Positions 17,849 through 29,900 of a stretch of 64,000 bases of DNA are shown piece by piece. This stretch comes from a virus. Position 1 is the stretch's first letter, and every line of letters begins with the position of its first letter. The stretch lies in the IMG/VR virus record IMGVR_UViG_3300030419_005541, positions 32,001 to 96,000 of that record; one strand, written 5' to 3'. The position numbers were made by a program, and so were the translations under genes. A model generated the notes under the pieces. The model made no database searches and was not told the DNA's origin. It was given only the letters and a program-made list of their open reading frames with translations.

Positions 17849-19072
17849 ATGTCTACTAATAAGTCTTACAAAGATAGTGGCATTCTAAACTTTGACCGAG
17901 CATATCATTTTGTAAAAAATGAAATAGCAAGTTTAAAAAACTCTATTCAAAATATAAAACCTAAAGTTCCGTTCGGAAAAGTTAAGAGTGAAAACAAACC
18001 TGAAGATGCTCAATCAATAGTATCTGTACAGAATCTTGAAGAGAATACAAATAAACCAGCTAAGCCATCATCATTTCATTTCATATCAGTTCCTACAGCA
18101 GGTGAGTTTGTTCCTATTTACAATTATAAAGATGATATTTTTTACGGAAACTCTTTACCTATATTTGACTCATTAGTTAATAACGCAAAAGTATTACCTA
18201 AAGGAAGCAAACGATTTAAACCTGATTTTTCAATTAATCCTTTACAAGTAACACCTGGCGATGTAGTTGTACAAGGTAGATATGGTCACGGTATGATGTT
18301 TAGTGATGCTAAAGGCCAACCAACTTTTAGAATTGGTAATTCATTTAGAAGTAGACCTAAAGAAGATGTAGACCAATTTCTTAGTGATACACCTGTCTTA
18401 CAAAAAAAGATACGTTCAGATGTGAGTATGCCTATTTTTTATAATCCTAATATAGATGGTAGTTCTTTTTATATGTTAAAAAGAATACCTGCGGGTGTAG
18501 ACTTAGATAGTGAAACCGTTTTAGCTAAAAAGAAACATTATACAGATTATAAAGATAATGTATTACGACAAACTTTTAATGATTGGGATGGTCGTTCAGA
18601 TTCAAAAATATTTATGTCTTCAGATTCATTATTGTTTTATACAAAAGGATTAAATAATAATTCAGGTCACGATATCTCAATGTTATCATCAGGAAATATT
18701 TTTCTAAATTCTTTTAGAAATGTATTTATTACTACACCGGAAATAACTTACAAAGACAATGATGTAAATATTCCGGAAGGACGTATTTCTTTAGGTAGTC
18801 ACAGAGACCCTGGCACTTCACCAAACTCTGTAGTACAACCGGTGGTAAGAGGATTAAATTATCAAGAAACAATAAGTGACATTTTAGATACATTAAAATT
18901 TATAACTGAAAATTTTAAAAATCTTGCTGATGGTGGTGTAGCAGTAGATAAAGATGGTAGTGCGGTAACAGGAGATGCGCAGGCTCCTATAATAAATTTA
19001 CTTAACGACAAGATAGATAGTATACAAGATAAATTAAATAATGATTTAAGTAAAAAGGTATTTACAACATAA
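17849..19072 (+). CDS. Baseplate hub/spike-like protein
   Basis: GDVVVQGRYG, SKKVFT C-terminus; context before gp25. Confidence 0.5.
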   Translation: MSTNKSYKDSGILNFDRAYHFVKNEIASLKNSIQNIKPKVPFGKVKSENKPEDAQSIVSVQNLEENTNKPAKPSSFHFISVPTAGEFVPIYNYKDDIFYGNSLPIFDSLVNNAKVLPKGSKRFKPDFSINPLQVTPGDVVVQGRYGHGMMFSDAKGQPTFRIGNSFRSRPKEDVDQFLSDTPVLQKKIRSDVSMPIFYNPNIDGSSFYMLKRIPAGVDLDSETVLAKKKHYTDYKDNVLRQTFNDWDGRSDSKIFMSSDSLLFYTKGLNNNSGHDISMLSSGNIFLNSFRNVFITTPEITYKDNDVNIPEGRISLGSHRDPGTSPNSVVQPVVRGLNYQETISDILDTLKFITENFKNLADGGVAVDKDGSAVTGDAQAPIINLLNDKIDSIQDKLNNDLSKKVFTT

Positions 19073-19731
19073 TGGGACTAACAAAACCAATATTAGATAA
19101 GGTAATGCAACCTATTGACTCTATACGTGAGTATAAAGATAATGAAATACCTAAAATGCAAAAAGAAGCTGATGAAGGTAGAACACCACCCAATCTTGAT
19201 AAAGATATTGAGAGAATGGAAAAATTTAAAAAGTTAGCTGAAAAAATACCACCACTTGTTAGAACGGTACGAAATGCTATTGTTGCGATTGAAACTGCTA
19301 AGGCAATCGCAGAAGCAGCTAAAGATGCGGGTAAGATTGGTTCCGCATTAGTTCCGCCTGTAGCGGCCGCAGGAGTTCTACAAGAAAAAATTGTAGAGAA
19401 AGTAAAAGAAGAATTAGCTAAAGCAAAAGCAGAATTACCTGTTGTATCTTTAGTAACAAAAGAATTAAAAGGATTAGCAATAGCAGTCTTAATAGCTTTA
19501 TTAGCTATAAAAGTAAAGAATGGTAAAAAAGGTGCCGGTGATGGAAGCGATGGTGATAAGACTGCGCAAGATGAATTAGATGCGTTATTATCAGAACAAC
19601 AAGATATATTAGAAAGTGATGATGACGATGACGGCACAGGCGTCACAAGAATTGTAAGAACAACAACTGCTACAGGTACAACGAGTACAGGCGGAATCGG
19701 TGGAGGTTCCGGTGGTGGCGGTGGATATTAA
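19072..19731 (+). CDS. Hypothetical helical protein with acidic and Gly-rich tail
   Basis: Coupled ORF; ends GGGSGGGGGY. Confidence 0.65.
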   Translation: MGLTKPILDKVMQPIDSIREYKDNEIPKMQKEADEGRTPPNLDKDIERMEKFKKLAEKIPPLVRTVRNAIVAIETAKAIAEAAKDAGKIGSALVPPVAAAGVLQEKIVEKVKEELAKAKAELPVVSLVTKELKGLAIAVLIALLAIKVKNGKKGAGDGSDGDKTAQDELDALLSEQQDILESDDDDDGTGVTRIVRTTTATGTTSTGGIGGGSGGGGGY

Positions 19732-19746
19732 CATACAGGAGTTAAA

Positions 19747-20103
19747 ATGAAGGCAAACGAGTTAAAGAAAATAATCAATAGATTAGTTAGTGAAGAAGTC
19801 AAAAAACAACTCGGCGAGATATTTATTAATGAAATTAAGTCTAAAAGGTCTACGCCAATTCAAGAGTCTGTTGAGACAAAAGAAGAATATCCAACAATGG
19901 GTGGAAAAACTTTCACGACAAATGATATGGCTGATTTATTAGGCTATGGTGATTTGAAACCAAACGGAGGCGGTATGAGTAATGCAGGTGTAGCAGAGAT
20001 AGCCCAAAAAGCAGGAGTAGCACCTGACCAAGTAGACCCTGACGTACAGAAAGCAATCACTAAAGATTATCGTGAACTTATGAATAAAATGAATAATAAA
20101 TGA
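19747..20103 (+). CDS. Hypothetical virion-associated protein
   Basis: AGGAG SD; KAITKDYRELM C-terminus. Confidence 0.7.
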   Translation: MKANELKKIINRLVSEEVKKQLGEIFINEIKSKRSTPIQESVETKEEYPTMGGKTFTTNDMADLLGYGDLKPNGGGMSNAGVAEIAQKAGVAPDQVDPDVQKAITKDYRELMNKMNNK

Positions 20104-20567
20104 GTATCAAAGAAATAGATTTAAATCCGGATAAACAATTTGGAATTGGGTTTCCTCTAAACTATGATAGACAGAGCTATGGGTTCTTTAAACAAAATAG
20201 AACTTATTATCAACAATTACAAGATAATATTAAAAATCTTATAATGACTAAAATAGGTGAGAGACCCGGTAATGTTAGATTTGGATGTCGTATACACGAA
20301 GTTATTTTTGAAGCAAACGAACCTGGTGTACTAAAAACTAAAATTGAAGAATCAATAAAAGAAGCATTATTTAATTGGATGCCTCACGTTAAGTTGATAG
20401 ACACTCGTGTTTCTTCTAATAATAATACTTTAAATATAGCGGCACAATTTTCTTCTGATTTTAATGAAGGTATAATAGAACAAGTTTTAGAGTTCAATAA
20501 TACTTTTAGTGAAAGTGGAGAAACAGGAGACAATACAACAACCGGCGGTACCGGAGGCGGGTATTAA
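20100..20567 (+). CDS. Baseplate wedge gp25-like protein
   Basis: NLIMTKIGER...FGC.I...IFE...W.P. Confidence 0.88.
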   Translation: MSIKEIDLNPDKQFGIGFPLNYDRQSYGFFKQNRTYYQQLQDNIKNLIMTKIGERPGNVRFGCRIHEVIFEANEPGVLKTKIEESIKEALFNWMPHVKLIDTRVSSNNNTLNIAAQFSSDFNEGIIEQVLEFNNTFSESGETGDNTTTGGTGGGY

Positions 20568-20577
20568 GGAGAATTAA

Positions 20578-22554
20578 ATGGCTCAAGCAGTAAAACAAAA
20601 AGAAGTCAAATATCTTAACAAAGATTTTAATCAGTTTAAAGAATCATTAATAGAACACGCAAAGACTTACTTTCCTAATTCTTATAATGACTTCAATGAA
20701 GCGTCTCCTGGTATGATGTTTATTGAAATGGCCGCATATGTTGGTGATGTTCTTTCTTATTATGTAGATAATCAATTTAAAGAATCTTTGTTAGCATACG
20801 CAGAAGAAACTAAAAGTGTTTATCAAATTGCACAAGCTATGGGATATAAACCAAGACTTGTTTCTGCCGCAAATGCTTCAGTAGATGTATTTCAAACGGT
20901 ACCGGCTATAGGTTCCGGTACAGACAATAGACCTGATTTAAGATTTGGTCAAGTTTTAAAAGCAGGTAGTGAATTTTCTTCTACTTCAGGAATAAAATTT
21001 TATTCAACTGAAGATGTTAGTTTTCAATATACATCAAGTGCTTCACCAATGACTATTAGTGTATATGAAAGTTCTGCTGGTTCACCTGTAAGTTACTTAT
21101 TAAAAAAACCTGTAACTGCTATGTCCGGTACTCAAAAATCAGAACAATTTGTTTTTAACAATGCAAAGAGATATGATAAAATAAGATTGTCACAAACAGG
21201 AATAACTGAAATAGTTTCTTGTACAGATAGTGATGGTAACTCTTGGTATGAAGTTCCTTTCTTAGCACAAGACACGGTTTTTATTGAATCAAACAATACA
21301 GCAGATTTGAGTCCACAAGATTCACAATTCGCAGATAAAGCTCCTTACTTATTAAAGTTAAAAAAGACTTCGAGAAGATTTACTACTTATATAACAACAG
21401 AAGGATTTACAGAGCTAAGATTTGGTGCGGGTAATAGTACTAATCCTGATGAAGAAATAATTCCAAATCCTGATAATGTTGGTTCAAGTTTACCGAGTGG
21501 TATAGCAAGTATAGATAGAACATTTGACCCAAGTAACTTTTTAAATACAAAAGCATACGGACTCGCACCGGCTAATACTACGTTAACTATAGTATATAGA
21601 TATGGTGGCGGATTAACTCACAATGTACAAGCTACTTCTATTAATAAAGTTACTAATGCTTTATTTGGGCCTCCAGCAGCTCCTAACTTATCTTCTCAAA
21701 TAATTAACTCCGTACAGAGTTCTATTGCTTGTTCAAACGAATTACCTGCCGCAGGCGGTCGTGGTCAAGAAAGTGTTCTTGAAGTAAAAGAAAATGCTCT
21801 TGCTTATTTTCAAGCACAAGGTAGAACTATAACTAAAGAAGATTATATGATGAGAGTATACACTATGCCATCACGATTTGGTAGTGTTGCGAAAGTTTAT
21901 ATTGTTCAAGATGAACAAATACAAGCAGGTAAAGATTTAGACCCTAACACAGGTGGTAAGGCAGGTAAGAATTTACCAACAGCTAACACAAGAGTAGCAA
22001 ATCCTTTAGCTCTGAATATGTATGTTTTAGGATATACTCAAACTAAAAAATTAACTACACTAAATAGTGTAGTAAAAAGAAATCTTGCAACTTATTTAAG
22101 TGAATATAGACCTGTTACAGATGCAGTAAATATTAAAGATGCTTACATTATAAATATTGGTATTAGATTTAGTATTGTAGCAAGAGTAGGATATAATAAA
22201 CAAGAAGTGTTATTAAGATGTATAGACGCAGTAAAATTATTTTTTGCACCTGACAAGTGGCAAATAAATCAACCAATTGTAACGCAAGATTTAATTCAAG
22301 ATATAGCATTAGTAGATGGTGTAGCATCAGTTGTACCACCTGTTGAAGACAATCCTGAAAAAAGTCAAATACTTGTTTTTAATCGTTATGAAAAAGGTTC
22401 AGGTTACTCAGGAAATATTTTTGATTTAGATTCTGCAACTAAAGATGGAGTTATTTACACTTCACTTGACCCAAGTATTTTTGAATTGAAGTTTCCTTCA
22501 AAAGACATTGAGGCAAATTGTGTAGGTGATTCTTCATCCGGCGCAGGATATTAG
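20578..22554 (+). CDS. Baseplate wedge gp6-like protein
   Basis: DFNQFK, DFNEASPG, GYKP, GGRGQES, QGRTITKEDY. Confidence 0.9.
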   Translation: MAQAVKQKEVKYLNKDFNQFKESLIEHAKTYFPNSYNDFNEASPGMMFIEMAAYVGDVLSYYVDNQFKESLLAYAEETKSVYQIAQAMGYKPRLVSAANASVDVFQTVPAIGSGTDNRPDLRFGQVLKAGSEFSSTSGIKFYSTEDVSFQYTSSASPMTISVYESSAGSPVSYLLKKPVTAMSGTQKSEQFVFNNAKRYDKIRLSQTGITEIVSCTDSDGNSWYEVPFLAQDTVFIESNNTADLSPQDSQFADKAPYLLKLKKTSRRFTTYITTEGFTELRFGAGNSTNPDEEIIPNPDNVGSSLPSGIASIDRTFDPSNFLNTKAYGLAPANTTLTIVYRYGGGLTHNVQATSINKVTNALFGPPAAPNLSSQIINSVQSSIACSNELPAAGGRGQESVLEVKENALAYFQAQGRTITKEDYMMRVYTMPSRFGSVAKVYIVQDEQIQAGKDLDPNTGGKAGKNLPTANTRVANPLALNMYVLGYTQTKKLTTLNSVVKRNLATYLSEYRPVTDAVNIKDAYIINIGIRFSIVARVGYNKQEVLLRCIDAVKLFFAPDKWQINQPIVTQDLIQDIALVDGVASVVPPVEDNPEKSQILVFNRYEKGSGYSGNIFDLDSATKDGVIYTSLDPSIFELKFPSKDIEANCVGDSSSGAGY

Positions 22555-22563
22555 GAGTAAACA

Positions 22564-23679
22564 ATGCACTTATTTACATACGCAACAGAAGATTCAAGTT
22601 TATATGAAGCATCATCGTCAAATAACTTTGGTTTAGATGAGATTCTTGAAATAAGAAAAGATGTAGATGCGGCAGGTGTGACCGTAGATGTATCAAGAAT
22701 AGTAATAAATTTTAACTTAACTCATCTTAGTGAAAGTATTTATGCCGCAGGAGCAGGTAGTTCTGCGAGATATTATTTAAATATGTATGATGCGGGTAGT
22801 GATAATTTAACTACTTCACAAAGTATTTATGCTTATCCTGTTAGTCAATCTTGGCAAATGGGTAGAGGTAAAAAAGTATATGACCCTGCAGTAACAGAAG
22901 GAGTTAGTTGGGATTATAGGTCAGGTAAAAATGAAGAATTATTTTGGAACGGTGGTGTAAAAGATAAGGGTGGTACTTGGTTTAGTGGTTCAGGTTTCGA
23001 AGCGTCTCAAAGTTTTATACATACAGATACGCAACTTGATATGAGAATGGATGTAACTAATATTGTAAATAAATGGTTAAGCGGTACTATTCCTAATAAC
23101 GGATTTATAGTAAAACGTTCAGGTTCTATGGGTAACGATAATGTAGACCTTGATGAAGGTTCAAGTGCTCAGTTAGGAAATTTTAAATTCTTTTCTCGTG
23201 ATACACATACAATTTATACACCAAGATTAGAAGCAGTTTGGAATTCACATTCTTGGTCAACAGGTAGTTTAAGTGGTCTTGATGGTAGAGAAATAGAAGA
23301 TTTACAAATTTATAGTCCAAATCTAAAATCAAAGTATAGTATAAATTATGATGGTAAACTTAGAATTGTAGGTAGAGCTAATTTTCCTGTATTGACTAAT
23401 TCACCATCATCATCTGCTTATACTGATGTAAAGTATTTGCCTTCAGGCTCTCAATATAGTATAATAGATAATTACACAGACGATGTAGTTGTACCATATG
23501 GTTCAGGTTCATTGATATCTTGTGACTCACGTGGTAATTATATAGATTTAAATACAAGTGGATTACAAGAACAAAGAGAATATAAACTATTAGTAAAAGT
23601 TATTAGTGGTTCATATGCTGGTAGTTCGGGAACAGACACCGAAGTTATAGATAACAATTTTACATTTTTTATAAGATAA
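22564..23679 (+). CDS. Virion structural protein (DNRLRE-like domain)
   Basis: DVTNIVNKW...NNGFIVK...PRLE. Confidence 0.6.
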   Translation: MHLFTYATEDSSLYEASSSNNFGLDEILEIRKDVDAAGVTVDVSRIVINFNLTHLSESIYAAGAGSSARYYLNMYDAGSDNLTTSQSIYAYPVSQSWQMGRGKKVYDPAVTEGVSWDYRSGKNEELFWNGGVKDKGGTWFSGSGFEASQSFIHTDTQLDMRMDVTNIVNKWLSGTIPNNGFIVKRSGSMGNDNVDLDEGSSAQLGNFKFFSRDTHTIYTPRLEAVWNSHSWSTGSLSGLDGREIEDLQIYSPNLKSKYSINYDGKLRIVGRANFPVLTNSPSSSAYTDVKYLPSGSQYSIIDNYTDDVVVPYGSGSLISCDSRGNYIDLNTSGLQEQREYKLLVKVISGSYAGSSGTDTEVIDNNFTFFIR

Positions 23680-23990
23680 TGCCTTATACAAAAGAACAAC
23701 TTGCAAACAACGAGTACTTTCAGAACTTGAAACTTCAAGCTTCTAAAGAATATGAAGAAGAGAAAGCAAGAATGACTGCTGAGTTCGCAGCATCTTCTTC
23801 TTTAGATGACAATAATCAATTATTAAGACAAGGTCCCGGTGGTCCTATTTTGAGTTATGAAGACCCTGAAACAGGTAATGCGCAAGATGACCCGACAGGT
23901 TGGATAAAGATAGATAGAAAACAACCAAAACTTAAACGCGGAGATGGTCTTGAAGAAGTTATAGATAGAAATTTTAATGAGTTAATATAA
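23679..23990 (+). CDS. Hypothetical protein
   Basis: Translationally coupled ORF in structural operon. Confidence 0.65.
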   Translation: MPYTKEQLANNEYFQNLKLQASKEYEEEKARMTAEFAASSSLDDNNQLLRQGPGGPILSYEDPETGNAQDDPTGWIKIDRKQPKLKRGDGLEEVIDRNFNELI

Positions 23991-26900
23991 TGTCAAGTAA
24001 ATTATCAGAAAGAGATAAGCAAATATTAAAAGTAGGAGGAACGTTTATTCCTGGTACTCGTAGATTCGAAGGCGGTCCTTTTGGTAACGGTGAAGAAAAT
24101 GATTACATTAAATTATCTATAATAGAACCTACTACTAATCGTATCATAACTTCTAAAGAAGTAGCACCAAATATAATAGATAGTCAAATTGTTGTAAAGC
24201 CAGGTATAGATATAAGAGAGATGGGTTTTGCTTCAGGTAGATTTAATTTTAGATACGAGTTTTTTAGAAGGTTAGCAGGTAGTGAAGATGTAGTATTGAT
24301 TAATACTAAAGAAGGTAATTTAGGTGATATTTATAACGGTCCTTATTTTTTAAAACCTAATGGTGACTATCACGCAGGTACACCTGCTCAGTTAAGAGAA
24401 TCAGGTGATGAAGTAGCATTCCAATTAATGCCAAAAAAGATGAATTACGAAGTTGCTGAGATTTCACCATCAAGAACTGAAATAAGAATACGTGCTAAAC
24501 AAATAAATGATGATGTTTACAAAGACGATTTATATGATAGAGGATTTGCATTTAAAACTTTTATTTCAGATGATGATTATAGACACAGAACTAATACAGA
24601 ACCTGTAGTAAGATTTTATAATCCATTTAATCCTGATATGACTTCACCTTCTAATGCAGGATTTGGTGCACATTCAGGCGGACCGCCTGTTGATGATGAC
24701 CCTACTGCTACACATTTATTATTAGAAAATGGTGCTGGTTTTAGTTTCAAACCAATAATGCAAGATGCGTCTATTAGAATAAAAGATGCTTATGTAATAG
24801 GTGAACGTGAAGAAATCGTAATTACTGAAAATAATATTTTAAGTAATCCAAGTGGTGATACGATTATATTTGATGATAATCTTAATCCACAAAAACCTAC
24901 AGGTGTACAAGATATAGAATTACATACTGATGCTATAAAAGTAGAAGCTTGGTCTGATGGAATCTTAGGTTATAATAATCCTCAACAAGGATTTTATGGA
25001 ACAGGACCTATAGGTTATCACGCAAAATGGGTAAAGGGTGAAGGTCGTAATGGCGGTCAATGTATAAAGTTTATTGATAGAAATGCTATTTACAGAAACG
25101 ACACACAATGGCCAGGTGAACAAGGTGTACACAGACCATTAGTAATTACATCAGGACTTCCTGCTATTTCAAATTATGGTGTTAGTCCAGGACAAGATTT
25201 ATTTTATATAACATATTTTCAAAAATCATCAGACATAAATAAAGGTGCTAATATTAGTATTAAATATGGTGCAGGATTTGGTGTTGGCGAACCGAGACCT
25301 ACTGAACCACCTGCAGGATTTCATATACCAGGAACAGACGTAGGTGAAGTTCCTGATTCTTTACCTTCAGGTTATTTAGCAGAACCTACTGAAGAAAGAC
25401 CGTCTGATGAACTACAAGGTAATTCAGGCGAAGGTTTATTATCACCTGGAAAACAATGGTTTGTTTCTTCTATACAAAACGGATTGTATGTATGGGAACC
25501 AAACTATGCACAATACAATACTGATGATGGTGCTTCTCAAGGAGTTCTTGGTATAAGAAAAGTTGGTGCTCAAACACAAACATCAGGTGAAGATGGTACA
25601 AATCGTACTTGGATATGGAGAGGTACTACTTGGTTGCCTGAGATACCTGCTGTTATACCTGGATGTACAGACCCTTCTGCTTTAAATTATCAAAGTTATG
25701 CACAAGAAGATGATGGTAGTTGTGTGTTTGAACAATCTATTTTACCATCAACAGGTGATTTTGATGTAGTATTTAAATGTAGACATAAAGAATTTTTTAA
25801 AATCAATCCGTGGAATACTTTTTCAGGAAATGAATCTACATTCTTTTTAAAATACGATGAGACATTAGGTGATTATCATATTTGGCAATCTCGATTTGGA
25901 GGTGCTGAAAATGCGGTTAATTATAGATTTGGTATAGAATCTTTGTTTGGTAATAAAAGCCAACCGTCAGGTCATTCTTATTCAGGTGATGGCTCTTTTG
26001 GATGTATAAAAGCATCAGGTAATAAAGTTAGTACAGAAGATAGAGGTCTTGATAATGGATTTCAAGGCTTGATACCATTAATGAAACGATATGGTAGAAT
26101 AAAAGATATTGCAGAGTATTGGAGAACAAGTGGTAGTAATAAGAAAAAAATTCTAATTATTTACATTTCTTTTACTGAAGAGTATAGAGAAGTTCTTAAA
26201 GATTTAGGTGCAACTGAAGACCAAGCTCAAGGTATTATAGTAGAATATAATCAAAGAAATGATGGTGAAGTAGAAAACATTGACTTCTTTTCTGCAGAAA
26301 CTAAACAAGAAAATGATATAGGAACATTAGATGAATTTGTAACTTCAGTTTTTGAAGATGGTGGTGGTAGTGACCCAAGATATTGGTTATTAAATACAAC
26401 AGGTACACCTGCAAGAGCAAAAACTGCAAGTGGTGCTCGTATTATTGACCCGTTTAAAAATAATGATGACTACTTCCAACCTTGGTTTGGACAAGGAATA
26501 ACTCAATGGGATGCTATTTGGGGTGATGATAATTCAGACAAAATTCTTGGTGTAATTGGTGACCAAGTATATGCAACAGAAAATTCTGTTGGCGATAATA
26601 TCACTTCTTATTTATCAGGATACCCAAAACCAATATCAGATGTGTATCCGGGTGTTGGTGAAAAAGATTTATATGTAAATAGAGGTTGTGCTAATCCTTT
26701 TGCAAACAATTATGGTGAAATATCTGAAGGTGATGACGCTGGTGATAATCCTGTAATACAGATGAGAGAGTTTATAGAATCAAGAGAAGTAGGTGATAAC
26801 GTTCCGTTTGGTGGTTTAGTTAAGATAGTAGCAGAAAATGCACAAGAAAGATTACCGGATATATTTGGTGGAAGACCTTACCTTGAACAAAGAAAGTCTA

Positions 26901-29900
26901 CTTTGTTAAATAGATTAAATGCACCGAGTTATGGTTTAAGAAGGTCATTAAACATACCAAATGTCAATGGTGGTAATTGTGATTTCTCTGTTAGTAATGA
27001 CCCGTTAAAAAATGGTACAATGTCGCCTAATGGTTTTTGGAAATGGAATGGTCCTGATGCAGTTTGGGAATATCAAGGTGAAACTCCAGCCGCTATAGAA
27101 TATAAGACTATAGAACTTAATGGTCAAGCAAATTCTGTAGTTAATGATTGGGAAATGATGGAAGGTACAGCTCCAATACCTGAAGATATGTTAACAAACG
27201 AACCAATGGAATTAATAGTAGAAGGACATAGAATAGGCGGTGAAGATGGAAATTCAACACAAGGAATTGTTTGGGTAGATGATTTTGATTTAAGATTTCA
27301 AAAACCAGGAGAAACTACAAATCAAAATATTTATGCAGATTACATAGGTACGATAAAACAAGTTCAAGGTAATGACTTAGTTAAACTTGATAGAAGTTTT
27401 GATGAAGTAGGTACAGAGTTAGGTGCATTACAAGTACCATCAAACACAGGAAGAGAAAATAGAACACGGGGCGGTCAACCTGTAGATGTAACTCGACCAT
27501 TTAAAAATTTTGAAATACGTTATCGTGTTAATGATGATGAAGAACTTAGAACTTACGTTGAAGTTCGTGGTCAAAAATATTTAACTACTAACTTTAAAAT
27601 TGATAGAAAATCTACACCTGAGTATCCACACGCTGTAGATTATAAATTATATACTGCTTTAGAATCTTCAGTTTCAAAGTTTGACTCTATAAGTATTATA
27701 AAAGAGATGGCAGAACCATATGAAGATACTATAGACATTATTGATTATGTTCCACAAGATATAAAAGGTACCGTTTTATTAAGTCCAAAACTTGAAGATT
27801 CAGAAAGTCCGTTGAGAGCGAGACCTACTACATTTCATAATGAAAATACTTTATTAACATCTAATGTAGATATAAAAGAAAAATTACAAAATGTTATATT
27901 ATCAGGTTCTTTAGAAGAAACAGAACTAAATGTACCACACGACAAAGGTTTTAGAGAGTTTATACATTTTTCTTCTGCTGAAAAAAGAATTAGAAATTTT
28001 AAATACAAATTAGAATTGATAGAAAGTTATACACAAAGTTCTGCAAGTAGTGCGGCTATAACTCAAGCAAGTTACGGAACAGAAAAGAAAGACAAAGACA
28101 TTTGGCATCAAAGAATTAGAAATGTTAAAAATGGTTTTGATACATTTGAAAAATATATGTATGAACAATCGAGTTCTTTTTATTCTTCTTCTATGGGTAC
28201 GTTTTATGACAATTCTTGGCCAAAGGTAAGTGGTGCAGGTACAATGAATAGTCCTTATGTTCTTGCTCATACTACGTCTTCACAAGCAACTACGTGGTTT
28301 AATAATCAAATAGTTAGTTCTTCTGAATACGATAGTAGAAATGGAAGTTATCTTGTAAACAATATGCCTGAGTTTGTTAATAGTCAAGAAAATCAAGCGT
28401 ATGTAGATTTTGTTAAAATGATGGGGCAGATGTTTGATAAAATTTGGTTGTACATTAATCAAGTAGGTATGATTAATGATAGAAGGTCAAGTATATCTGA
28501 AGGACTTTCAAAACAATTATATTATTCTGTAGCTAAAAGTCTTGGATGGGGTTTAGCAGATGGTAAAGACTTAGTAGACTTACCTAATTTTATTTTAGGT
28601 CAACGTGCAAGTGGTTCTGCGGGAACATTTGAAGAAATAGAAAGAACTGAACAAGATATATCAAGAGAGATATGGTCACGTATTGTATCTAATATGCCAT
28701 ACTTTTTAAAGAATAAAGGAACCGTAAGAGCATTGAAAGGATTGATTAATTGTTATGGTATACCAAGTTCAATATTAAGAGTAAAAGAATATGGCGGGCC
28801 TGATACACCAAGTTCTGTAAACTTTGAAATAAATAGAAAATTTACAAAAGCACTTGGATTCAGAGGAGGTCAACGAGTACATTTTAGTTGGCAAGAAGCT
28901 TCTGCTTCTATAGCAACTGATAAACCACAATTTCCTGATACGGTAGAATGGAGATTTAGAGCACCATTTAGTCAAAATCAAGTTATATGGAATAAGTCTG
29001 ATAACAAGATGGGTATAGTAATGAAAGATAATAACAATGCTGATAACATTGGTAGTTTATTATTTTACTTGTCAGGTTCAGATGGTTGGAAAGCAACATC
29101 TTCTTCATTAATGCCAATATATGATAATGAATATTATAGTGCTATGATTAGAAGAACTCCACAAAGTGCATCTATACAAAATAGTGTAGACTATAATTTA
29201 GTAGTAAAAAAATATGATGCGGGTATAGATAGATTTCAATATGTGTCTTCTAATACGTTAACTATTAATGGTGCTACTGCGGCCGGTAAAACTTATAATT
29301 CATCTTGGGATAGTTTTGGCAGATTTGATATTGGTGGTGCGGCTGTTATATCAGGTGCAATAACAGGTTCTGTTAATTTTAATAAATTACCAATACAAAG
29401 ATTTTCAGGTTCATTAATGGAAGTTCGTGTTTGGACAGAAACTTTAAACACAGGTTCTTTTGATAATCACGCAAACAATCCAAAAGCGTATGATGGTAAT
29501 AGTATTTCTTCATCATATGAACACATTGTTTCTCGATATTCTTTTGACGATGATAAAAATTTACAAACAGATACTTCTGTTAGAGATGTATCTGCTAAGA
29601 CAACAGAAACTCAAAATGCTACTGCAGTAGGATTCACAGGAAACTTCTTTGAGTCTGTAGTAGATAGAACAAAAACTTTAGTACCAAACTTAGGTCCATC
29701 AAAAGTAAGTTCTAATAAAATTAGAATAGAAGCAAATGTTGTTAGACCTGAGTTTCAATATATTAGTGGTAGTGATGGTATGTATACTGAATTACAATCT
29801 GAAAAACCAATTGGCAGAGGTAGATATGATTTTGCACCAACTGATAGTAATAAACTTGGGATATATTTTTCACCAAGTGATGCCATAAATCAAGATATAA

